Source: Picochlorum sp. SENEW3
Lineage: Eukaryota
Reading direction: 5' to 3'
DNA length: 64,000 bases
Assembly: GCA_034226945.1 (NCBI GenBank)
Contig: CP120453.1
Location: forward strand, 372,001-436,000
Numbering within the stretch: the first letter of the stretch is position 1; each line of letters starts with the position of its first letter. The notes beneath the pieces are model-generated. The model saw only the letters and a program-made list of their open reading frames with translations. It searched no databases and had not been told where the DNA came from. The translations under genes and the position numbers were made by a program. This document shows positions 12,470-22,923 of this stretch, in pieces.

Positions 12470-13780
12470 AGCTCATAATACTCCTCTTCATTGATAATGA
12501 CAACAATAACATGCACAACAATAATCCACACCACCAAGAATAACACGACACGACACGACACAACGAAACACACGACAAGAAGAACAACCTGGAGAGAGAG
12601 AGAGTAAGTGGTGCAATAATAGTAGTAGTAGTAGTATAATATATGAAAAAATAAATAAATAAATAAAAGACATGAAAACGAGAAAGAATGAAAAAAGGAT
12701 TGTCTTTGTTTCACAACAACAGCAACAACAAGCACTACTAGAGTAACCAACCTCACAACAATGGTTTTAGAGTATTTCAATATCTTATCATACAAGAAGG
12801 CACGCGTACGCACTTACTTATTTACTTGAACGTCGACTTCATGAGGAGTCGCAATGAGGATAAGATATATATACAATCCCGACGCTTCTTTATACGTAAA
12901 TGGAAGACCTCGTTGTGGTACAGTACAGCAAAGAAGAAGAAACACTAGCTACAACAGCTCTCCTCCTCCTGGCTTTGTTGTATGCTCCACATCCAGGATA
13001 CCGTCAGACTAGGCCTTGGATGATGGGAAGATCTGTGAATGACAGGAAATCACGACATATCCCTTGTCAAACGTCCCTTAATACAATAAATCAACAACCA
13101 TCCAGCATACACCACCACCACCACTACTTCTATTGCTGCTGCTACAACACGAGGCAGCACACCAACAAAGAAGCAAAGCAATCAAAAGAGAAGAAAGTAA
13201 ATATCTCATAATAGTAGTTGTAGTAATGATAATAACATGTACAACAATCCACACGAGCAATAATACCAACCAATAATAATAGGACACAACAAAGCACACA
13301 AGTGTCATGCTCACAAGAAGAAGAACAACCTGGAGCGACCCTACACAGACAACATGTGAGATTCTCTAGAGAAAGAGTTATAATAATACCTGTGAAATGA
13401 ATAAATAAGGAAAAGACATCATGAAACAAGAATGAAATGGAAACAAATCGTCGTCTTCACAACAACAACAACAAGCAAGCTGTGGCAAGCACTAGAGTAA
13501 TGTTGCTTGAATGCTGGAGGAAAGTATGACATTGTCTTACGTAGACTTCATGAGGAGTTGCAATTAGAATAGTAGTAGTAGTAGGATACAACTGTGACGC
13601 TTCTTTGAATGAGGGAGATCTCGTCGTGTTTATTTTGCTGCCAAGAAAGCAGGCTAGTCACAGCTCTCCTCCTCGACAGTGTGTGTGCTCCACATATCCA
13701 GGCTCCCATCAAAATATGTCTTCGATGGAGAGAGCTGTGAATACCAAGAAAAATCACCACATATCCTCGGTCAAACCTCT
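12470..13780. repeat. Degenerate tandem duplication with two ~0.7-0.75 kb units
   Basis: Collinear shared blocks: AAGAAGAACAACCTGGAG 12577/13318, ACTAGAGTAA 12737/13491, GACTTCATGAGGAGT 12835/13544, GACGCTTCTT 12881/13596, CAGCTCTCCTCCTC 12955/13661. Confidence 0.85.
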
Positions 13781-14051
13781 TGTGTGATGGGAAGGATGAA
13801 AAACATGCCACCAAAAAGCATGACGAGTTCCCTCACGAGGAGGCCGCCCACGCAAGCAGCAACTTTGTGTCGGCCCAGATTTTCTCACTCTCTTGCTTCT
13901 TCAGCACACCAAGGGGCGGTCGGATCCGCTGTCCAGGGCCTTGGCGTGCAGAAAACACGGCTCAAAAAAAAAGAGTGTGCCCGAGCGGTCTCATGGTCGT
14001 CCTTTTTTATTGTCCTCATTGACGGACGACCACCACGTCCGAGGAGACCGG

Positions 14052-14081
14052 GGTTCAACTTGGTTCAACTTGGTCCAACTT
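14052..14081. repeat. Three copies of a 10-nt tandem repeat (GGTTCAACTT)
   Basis: ggttcaactt ggttcaactt ggtccaactt. Confidence 0.8.
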
Positions 14082-15339
14082 TTTTATTGTGTTTGTTTAC
14101 GGACATTCGCCAGAGCACGACCAGAGACCAGACTCTACGGGTCGCATGCCAACGGTCTGGGGCTTTGTCGGACCGAAGGGTTCAGAGAACGAACAAAGAA
14201 GCATGTGGAGTTGTCCTCACAATACTTCTTGTATCCAAGAAGGAAAAGCCGTGTGTAAGAACCAGCCCGAATACGTCAGTATAAGGTGTCCCTTCCTTAT
14301 GATTGTTGTGCATACGCAACATATTGCGGGTAATCTCTCGACTGTTCCAGACCAAGTTGACACCGCCTTCCACAGAGCCATGGCATCGCGTTGGCCCAGG
14401 GGGTGCCACGCACTGCCAAACAAACGGTGCCTCACAGTGGGGTTCATTAATATTGAATGGAATGGATAATTAAAACAGTATTCAGGAGTCCCTCCGTCGT
14501 CAACGCGTCGGTTTCCACGCCAACCGGCGTTTGTCGATTCCATTCGCGTCGCGACGGTTGGGACCAGCACAGGCCTGGAGTCGTCCTTCAAGGACATGAA
14601 GGAGCGTCATTCTTACTTCAAAATTATATATCAGTCGATAGAGCCGACGACTGACCACCACGGAGCACAACAGGGTTCCGACAACGACCGTTCCACGGGA
14701 ATGTCATGACAACACTCGCAACGGTGCCAACAAGCCACGAGATCCCTCTCCCCACCCAGGTTTTCCACCCTCTAATGTCTTATATTTATATATCTTTGAA
14801 GAAACTCCTGCGCGCGTGTTCTGAACCTATATCATTGAGTTCCTGCCCAAGCAGTTTGAGCTCAAGCTATTGCAAATCAACAGCTAACAGTTGCTCAACT
14901 TGGGTCAAGCTGTCCTCACACCGAGAGCCATGCTTGGGCCATATATACCTTGTCATATGATATATACATAGCAAACTGGTCACCTCGGAGAAGGCGAACT
15001 GCGAGCAGAGTGGACCGACCCGTTTCTTGACAAAACGGATAGTACAGTAAAAATTGTATAGCACCGAGGGGTCGTTTTGGTCCAGTCGAAATTTCACGAA
15101 GTATCAACAATGAAGGAACGTCGTGACGCTTTTTTCTATTTCTTTTCACGGACCCCTGGCCAGGGCCCCCATATATATGGGGGCATTGATGTAAGTTACA
15201 TGCATGCAACTACTCCCCAAAGTAAACAACAACAAAAAGCCAAAAAAGAAACCGTAACCCGAGACATCGACGAGATGTTTCAAGTAGAAGAAGGGGGAAG
15301 GTGACCACGTACAGCAGTGTAGCATTTTTTTTCTTCGTG

Positions 15340-16932
15340 ATGCAGCGCCTTGCCCACAAATCGTCTTCCTCGGTTGTTGCAGACGCCGCTGCCACGTTTC
15401 AGAAAAGAAGGAAACGACTAGTGGGAAGGCAATGTCGCCGGAGTCATACAACGAGCAAGTATTCGGCGTGCGACGTGGTCGATGGGGTGCGGTCCGGGTC
15501 GCTCTCCGCCAAGGACGTGATGGCGATGTACTTGGATCGCATCGAACGTCACGATGGCAAAATTAGGAGTTTTCTATCTGTAGGCGATAGGCAGACGCTG
15601 CTGCGGCAGGCGGAGAGCGTGGACCAGCGGGTTGCGAGGGGGGAGGGTGTGGGCCCCCTGGCCGGGCTGCCGGTGGCCGTGAAAGACAACCTGTGCACAC
15701 GCGGGATGCCCACCACGGCTGGGTCGAGAATGCTGGAGGGATACGTGTCTCCGCACGACGCGACCGCCGTGGCGAGGATGCGGCAGGCAGGGGCCATCGT
15801 GGTTGGCAAGACCAACATGGACGAATTCGGCATGGGCAGCTCCACGGAAAACTCCGGGTATCACGTGACGCGCAATCCGTGGGACTTGGAAAGGGTGCCT
15901 GGAGGATCTTCAGGTGGATCTGCGGCCGCGGTGAGTGCTGGGCTTGCGCCGTGTGCGCTGGGAAGTGACACGGGTGGCAGCATCCGGCAGCCGTCCCATT
16001 TCTGTGGCGTGGTGGGGCTGAAGCCCACGTATGGGAGGGTGTCGAGGTTTGGATTGCTGTCGTACGGCTCTTCTCTGGACACCGTGGGACCGATGGGGAC
16101 TTCGGTGAGGGACGTGTCCTTGCTGTTGGAGACGCTGAGCGGCAGGAAGGATCCCCTTGATGCCACCTCCAGCGACCGTCCACCGTTCGCGGAGCTGGGG
16201 TTGACGGGCGACGTTGATGGCGGCTCCGCGCCGTTGAGGGGCATTAAAGTGGGTCTGCTCGAAGACACGCTGGGAGACGGCGTCGACGGCAAGGTGGAGG
16301 GGGTGGTGCTTCGAGCGGCCGAGCATCTGGCATCGCTGGGTGCGCACGTGGACCGCATCAGCTTGCCCTCCTTCTCGTATGGACTTCCTGCGTACTACGT
16401 CATAGCGTTGAGCGAGGCTTCCAGTAATTTATCGCGGTACGACGGCATTCGGTACGGCGCGAGAGGGGGTGGAGACACATTGAGGGATGCGTATGTCCAT
16501 GGGCGTGCCCTGTTCGGCGCCGAGGTGAAGAGGAGAATTCTGATGGGAACGTACGCCCTCTCCGCTGGATACTACGATGCGTACTACAAGAGGGCGCAGC
16601 AAGTCCGAACGCTGGTGACGCGTGAGCTGCAGGCGTCCTTGCAGACGTACGACGTGCTCTTGTCGCCGGTTGCTCCCAACGCGGCATTCAGGATTGGCGA
16701 GAAGACGGAAGACCCCCTCGAGATGTACAAAGGGGATCTGATGACGGTGAACGTCAACTTGGCAGGCGTACCAGCCCTCTCGATACCGGCAGACGTCGTC
16801 GATTCGCTGCCGGTGGGGATACAACTGATAGGTAGGGCGTTCGACGAGGCGTCGTTGCTGCGGGTGGGGCATGTGTTTGAGCAGACCAACTCCTCTTGCC
16901 TGAGCATTACAAAAAATTCTTTCATTATATAA
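15340..16932 (+). CDS. GATA: Glutamyl-tRNA(Gln) amidotransferase subunit A (organellar)
   Basis: VAVKDN, GKTNMDEFGMGSSTENS, PGGSSGGSAAAV, GSDTGGSIRQP, EASSNLSRYDGIRYG, RRILMGTYALSAGYYDAYY. Confidence 0.96.
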   Translation: MQRLAHKSSSSVVADAAATFQKRRKRLVGRQCRRSHTTSKYSACDVVDGVRSGSLSAKDVMAMYLDRIERHDGKIRSFLSVGDRQTLLRQAESVDQRVARGEGVGPLAGLPVAVKDNLCTRGMPTTAGSRMLEGYVSPHDATAVARMRQAGAIVVGKTNMDEFGMGSSTENSGYHVTRNPWDLERVPGGSSGGSAAAVSAGLAPCALGSDTGGSIRQPSHFCGVVGLKPTYGRVSRFGLLSYGSSLDTVGPMGTSVRDVSLLLETLSGRKDPLDATSSDRPPFAELGLTGDVDGGSAPLRGIKVGLLEDTLGDGVDGKVEGVVLRAAEHLASLGAHVDRISLPSFSYGLPAYYVIALSEASSNLSRYDGIRYGARGGGDTLRDAYVHGRALFGAEVKRRILMGTYALSAGYYDAYYKRAQQVRTLVTRELQASLQTYDVLLSPVAPNAAFRIGEKTEDPLEMYKGDLMTVNVNLAGVPALSIPADVVDSLPVGIQLIGRAFDEASLLRVGHVFEQTNSSCLSITKNSFII

Positions 16933-16957
16933 ATTAAAAAAAGCAGAACGATATTCC

Positions 16958-18446
16958 TCACTGAATGGCGCAGCACGCTGGGCCAGCGCCGCGCTTCAAC
17001 GTTGACTGGTTCGTTTTGTGGGCGACGATGAGGGACTCTTGAGTTTCCGTCAGAATGCTCACGGCGTGCTCCAACGCCGCCACTCGGGCGACCAGTGTGC
17101 CTTGCCCGATCAGAGAGCTCGGACGAGGCCCATCTTTGGGGATGTCGCGCGACATGGCATGCTCCAGCGCCGGGACCTGCTCTTCCAGGCCCTTGACCCT
17201 CTCGATGATTGGGACCTGGTGCAGGGGGGACAGGGCTCCCCCCGACACCTCCTCCGACTCCTCGTCTGCTGAGAGATCTGCACATGCAAGAAGCAATATC
17301 GCTCGTCATCGCCGTCAATCGCATAGGGTCACAAAATACACACACAGATCAGCACGCACAGGCTGTTGCCATGGTAGAGACGGACGAATCTCGCCTAACC
17401 ATGACATCGTGGAATTCGTGGTCCTCTTCTTCTTCTTCTTCTTCTATTTGTACTGGTACACTTCCATTATTTTGATACGTGTCATCATCGGCCACGGTAT
17501 GTTTTCCTTCCCATTCGTCGTCAATCTCGTGGATCAATTCTGGGTCGTTCCACGGACCGATGTCGTCAATCAACGAGCCAGTCGATTTCCCTCCCAAGTA
17601 CGACGGGATGCTCTCCACATCCACCCATTTGGTCAGCACGGACATGTAGTTGGAAGGACACACTTCAATTTTTGCCTGCGTCCGAGGATCCAGCATCGGC
17701 TTCACGATGGTCCAGATGGCCCTGAACACCGCAGGGGCGTTGATAATGAGGGTCTTTCCCAGCGTCTCCGGGTAGTTGGCTTGGTCGATGCCGGTGATCG
17801 TCGACAGAATGGTCTTGACCTCTCCAGATAGATGACGCAAACCGACGCCCTTGAGGTCCAATATCGCCAGGGTTTGTGAAATGTGCATCCCCTTGGCTCT
17901 GCTGCAGGCAGGGAAGATGTACTTGATGGCCCTCTCGTACTCCTGGACATGGTACCTGATCATTCTGTCAATCGTCGTGATATTCTTGAGCGCTTTCATG
18001 TTTATTTGACCGAGGTGCTGAATGTAGATCGGGCGGCCCAACCTGTCCACCTTGTGGTACCCCTGGGGGTACAATGCAAGGAAGGATTCGCGCTCGTGGA
18101 ACAAAAAGTCCTCCAGAATGGTGTCGGCTCCAAACTCTTTGCGCCACTCAAGATGAGCCAAAAACATCTCCATTGCATTCTTTAAATCGTGCTGACGTGC
18201 CCGCAAGAACCTTCTCAAATAATAATCGTCGAATCGCGGGCTTAGGGCACGCCCCAAAGACTCCTCAATCTGTGACCTGAACTTCACAAGGAGCTCGTTC
18301 TCCTCGTACTTGGAAAGGCCCCAGATGGCCTCAAATTCCGTGTCATTCCTACTAGATATTGTGGATATCCTCTTGTGATGCCGGTCGGAGGAAACTCTGC
18401 GGTTGCTGCTGCCACGACGTCGGACTGCAGCGTCACCACCGTCCAT
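16958..18446 (-). CDS. Sec14/CRAL-TRIO phosphatidylinositol transfer protein with C-terminal coiled coil and CaaX; exons 18446-17360 and 17277-16958
   Basis: LRRFLRAR, YPQGYHKVDRLGRPIYI, NYPETLG, IINAP, IPSYLGG, DIGPWNDP. Intron 17278-17359 restores the frame. Ends in CCAIQ. Confidence 0.9.
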
Positions 18447-19037
18447 TCCGTCGACCGCAGGCGCTCTGCTCACACCCTACCGATGATGATGGCGAAAATA
18501 CGATATCAAAAGTATATTTACACCAAATTCTTTCGAGCCGCTGAATACCGATCGATCCGATCCTGCCAGGCAACGTGGGACGTTCGATGCACGTTGGGCC
18601 GTGCTTGCTATCTGGTTCGGTCTTCTCACAAACCTAAAGAATCACAGTCCTCTCCCAAACTCCTATGGCAACATACTTTTCATTTGGATGGAAGAACGGC
18701 CCGGGCGGTCGGGTTCATGTGGGGCCCGGGCAGGCACCAGATGCATTGCTGCTGGAGGGGGGGCATTGAAGCATGGGCTTGCATCCCCGAGTCCAGAGGA
18801 TCCTCCCGCCTCGAGACCGGAGAGCTTCTTCTTCTGAGAAGAAGACACCGCTTAGAGGATGGGAATCCTGTTTCTCGAGGTGGACGGAGCGCTGCATCCA
18901 TCGAAATCAAAAACACACCATGATCATGGCATCAAAACGACGACCCCTGTGAAACAGAAACAAAAGATAGGAACAAAAGGCCGGCAGCAGACATCGAAAA
19001 ACAATACACCCTATTTCTTTGATAATTTAAGTAAATC

Positions 19038-19589
19038 ATGAAGGCTCTGGTCGACTGGTTTGTGTACGATTTCGACCGCGAGGAGCTCGAAGACCGATGT
19101 AGAAAATACGGGGGCCTTGTTGCTGGGGCGTTTTTTGGTGCCGGTGCGTGATTCCAAAGACGTTTCGCATGCAGTGTGGCTGTTTGCAGTTTCTCCAGAC
19201 GCATTCTGTCCAACGATACTGCAGGGTGGTGGAGTTGGGCGGACGCCTTGGTGACGCAGCGAGGTGTTGAGGGAGAGTCCAGTGCCCCTTTCAAGTACGC
19301 TTGGCCGGGAATAATAGCAACCATCGCCATGGTGTTGATCAACATGCTGTCCAAGGACAGTTTACAGGACATTGCGGACAGTGGAGACGAAGAGACCAAC
19401 ACCAGGGCCAGACTGTGGCTCCTGTGCAGTTTTCTGCTGTGCTTTGGGAGCATTGCTGCGAGCATTGCTGTCCTCATTTCTTGTACGGAGCAGGGTCAGT
19501 ACGTGGCGGTTGGAGTCGGGTCCGTCCTGCAGTGCGGTTTTATTTTGGCGTCTGCACTGATCTTGTGGGTTTTCAGAACCAGGTCTTGA
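19038..19589 (+). CDS. TMEM50/Vps68 (UPF0220) membrane protein; exons 19038-19143 and 19225-19589
   Basis: AGAFFGA-GWWSWADA, PGIIATIAMVLIN, ARLWL. In-frame GTGCGT...CTGCAG intron. Confidence 0.85.
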
Positions 19590-19604
19590 AAAATCAATGT
19601 CAAA

Positions 19605-20680
19605 TCAATATTTATAAACTGCTGAGTAGCTCATCGTCTTGCTTTTTTTAAATACTGGCTTTTCCTTAAATACATCCCTCACATGTCTCTTTGGAGGTGA
19701 TGTGTCCCTGCTCCGCCGCTCATAGTCACGATGATCGCGAGGCCTAGGCTCGTCCCTCCTGAGCCTCTGCCCGCTGGCGTCAGGGGCAGGTCTCTTCCGA
19801 CGGGATCCATGGTCATTTGGCGCTAACCCACGACCGTGCTCCCTCACTCCTGCTCTATTGGGCGCCCGTTGTCCTAACGCAACGGACAAAGACTCCTTGA
19901 CGGATGCAGGCCTGCGTGGCCCGCCGTCGAGGTCGCCCTCCCTCCTGCTGGGGCCTCCCTGGCCAGCGTTGCCCACAGGTCTCGTGGGAAGACCCATCGC
20001 AGTCAGTTCTCTGCGAATATCATCAGCTGCTAGTTTGGGAATGCGAGGGAAAATCGTCTCAAAGTAATACTGGTCCAGCAAGACATCCCTCACAAATGCT
20101 CCCATCGTGACCGTCTTGCCGAGACCTGGCGGGCTTGGCATGAATTCTTCCTCATCACGCACATACTTTTTGCACCATTTCCACAACTCTCTTGGATTGC
20201 AACAGTATCTGAGATACAGGAAGCCGATCTGCAGGGTGCACACCGAGTGTGAGGGCTACCTACGAAGTGACGAACTGACGCACACAGTCACAAGCACGGG
20301 GGAGACACGTACCGCCCGAATATACGGAGAATCTCGATGTTCTATCATCATTCTGATATCAGAGGACGTGGGTCGAACCTCTCCCAAACGATATAATAGA
20401 CAAAACGCCGTGGAAGGCCCTCTGGCGTTTCCAGACATCCAGGGCTCCACGTGATCAACCCTGCGCCACAGACTCGTTCGTCAAAACACCGGAATCGATT
20501 CAGTATGAGAGAATGAAAGTAAAGGAAAGATCCCACGCACTTTTCAAATATCTCGTCGATAACTTCAATCGGCTTCTCGAGGATTTGGCAGCTCTTCGTG
20601 TAGTACAGAGAACCAGTCCTGATATTGCGGACAATCACAGAGTCGATATTGAACGTCGAAGTATTGCCATACTGTTCCAT
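19605..20680 (-). CDS. Pre-mRNA splicing factor PRP38 family (PRPF38B-like); exons 20680-20541, 20460-20313 and 20228-19605
   Basis: GNTSTFN, VIDEIFEKVDHVEPW, STAFCLLYRL, DSPYIRAIGFLYLRY, YFETIFPRIP. Both introns keep frame. Confidence 0.9.
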
Positions 20681-20957
20681 TTTAAAATAATTCCGTGGGG
20701 TTCCGGAATCGCCTCCTCTCAAATGCGGATTCATGCAATGGCTCTCGTCCCCGTCGAGGGGCCTTGGGTTCCCCGGCCGGAGAGCTCTCGAGACTGTGGC
20801 CGGTCGAGCGGCGCTCGCTGGGGTCCGATGTGACCCTTCTCGAGACCCCGAGGACAACGCATACGTTTGCCAAGGGACAGAGCCGGGTCAGGCTCATCAT
20901 TTCAAATTTAAGTGGGTGAGCAAGGGCATGTCCAAATGCCGAGCCTGACCTGCTGGC

Positions 20958-22250
20958 ATGGGGTCGACACACCACACGAACACCGGGGCGTGGGCGTCAA
21001 AGCCAGGGTACCCCACAACAGCAAAGGAGAGCGTTCCAGGGTGGGTTGCCTTGCAGAAGAACCACAGCCATTTGACTCAGTATGAAAAACTAGAAATTAT
21101 GAACTACGACGAGGTGTACTTTGTGGGGAAGAGCATTTCCAAAACGCGTGAACTGCACGACAGGTCCATTTCTCCAACTGGATTAAAGAGCAAGTTCACA
21201 GATGCCAAAGGTCATTATTCGATTCTGCCGGGAGACCACGTTGGGTACCGGTACGAAATGCTTCGATTTCTGGGAAATGGCTCGTTTGGATGCGTCTACA
21301 AGGCCAAAGACTGGAAAACAGGAGAACATTGTGCTATGAAGATTTGCTTGCGTAAGAATCCAGTCAATCACGAAGCTCAGCACGAAGCACACATGCTGAA
21401 ACATTTGCAAAATAGCGGGAAATTTCCGACAGGTATTGCTAGGATGTACGGCTCGTTCGAGTTCAGAGGGCACCTGGTCATCATTAGCGAATTGCTTGGG
21501 ATGGACCTCTACGAGCACATGCGAGTGCTGCGTTTCAGGGGATGCAGGACCCATTTTGTCAAGTCTGTGGGTTTGCAGTTGTTCGAATCCATCTCGTACT
21601 TGCACAAAAACAATGTGGTGCACTGCGATATCAAACCGGAGAATATATTGCTGACCGGGCTGGGCAGTAGCTGTGTCAAGTTGGTGGACTTTGGGAGTTC
21701 TTGTTTTGTGGGAGAGCCCGTCTATGGATACGTCCAGTCTCGGTACTACAGGGCTCCAGAAGTCATTCTAGGAATTTCGTACGGACCGGAGATCGACGTG
21801 TGGAGTTTGGCCACCGTTCTCTTCGAGATTGCCACTGGCAGACCGCTGTTTGCCGGGCAGAACAATGGGCAGCAACTAGCAGTCATTGCCTCCCTGCTTG
21901 GGCCTGTGCCAGACACTCTTCTCAGACAGTCCATAAGGCGCGATGCATACTTTTTGCCCGAGTCAAAGGAGTTTTTGAGCCACTGCATTCCCAGTGGGGC
22001 GGGCATGTACAAGCTGCACAGACAAGGGACCCAGCTTCGGGATCTTTTGGGGCCTGGGTTTTCGGACGAATTGGCCAATTTGCTGAGTCGATGCCTCAAG
22101 TGGGACCCAAAGGATAGAATCACACCAGAAGAGGCCCTATCGCACCCTTGGTTTGGGGCGGGCTTCAAGTACTGTATCAATGCTGGGCAACCACCGCTAC
22201 AGTCCCACAGCGTCGACCTGGGAGATTGCGCATCATGCGATCACGGCTGA
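20958..22250 (+). CDS. DYRK-family dual-specificity kinase
   Basis: DH-box-like region before GDHVGYRYE, GNGSFG, HCDIKPENIL, DFGSSC, YVQSRYYRAPE. Confidence 0.93.
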   Translation: MGSTHHTNTGAWASKPGYPTTAKESVPGWVALQKNHSHLTQYEKLEIMNYDEVYFVGKSISKTRELHDRSISPTGLKSKFTDAKGHYSILPGDHVGYRYEMLRFLGNGSFGCVYKAKDWKTGEHCAMKICLRKNPVNHEAQHEAHMLKHLQNSGKFPTGIARMYGSFEFRGHLVIISELLGMDLYEHMRVLRFRGCRTHFVKSVGLQLFESISYLHKNNVVHCDIKPENILLTGLGSSCVKLVDFGSSCFVGEPVYGYVQSRYYRAPEVILGISYGPEIDVWSLATVLFEIATGRPLFAGQNNGQQLAVIASLLGPVPDTLLRQSIRRDAYFLPESKEFLSHCIPSGAGMYKLHRQGTQLRDLLGPGFSDELANLLSRCLKWDPKDRITPEEALSHPWFGAGFKYCINAGQPPLQSHSVDLGDCASCDHG

Positions 22251-22923
22251 ACCAATGGGTTGTTATCCTTTTTTTCGACACTGTGGAGGTCCATCATGGG
22301 ATGTATACATCACGGGTGTGGTCCGGGGCACTCAGAGCCTGGGTGTGGTGAATCATCCATGGGCCATGGTGAATCATCCCCCCAAGGATCCATCCAGCTG
22401 GACGAGCGGGCATGCACCTGCACGGAGAAACATAAAGGACATCGTCATACACCCTGTAAACAGTTATATTTTGTAATAGCAACACATACGCGTTCTTCTG
22501 GAGGACGTGCTCGATAGACGAGGAAAGGTGCGACTTGGTCACCGTGGCCCCCGAGCCCGGCGTTCTTCAATTCTGGCGCCATCTACAGGGTGTAACCGGT
22601 GCAATTATGGTTTTAAATATTGTTGTAATGTCATTTACCGCGCCTTTTTGTTATTTATTCGAGTGACTATGCATGGTGGCCGGTGCTCCTCGAATGGTTA
22701 ACCCGTCAGCAGGTTCCCACGTGTGTCTGTGGACACCGAGGAGGGGGACAGTACCCAAGATAGTATGTGTATTGATGTGTATCTATTTTACTGTAGCTTA
22801 TATATACGAGGGAAAAAGGAGTTTGCCCTTGTACGCCTTCTGAAGCGAGGGATTGCATTGGAGCTGCACAGAAAGTCTTGCTGCTCTCTGTGGACGACGT
22901 GTTCAGGGTCTTTGTGCACATAG

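Noticed and set aside
12137..13429. Hydrophobic or Cys-rich minus-strand ORFs
   Set aside because: Artefacts of translating the T/G-rich strand of low-complexity repeats
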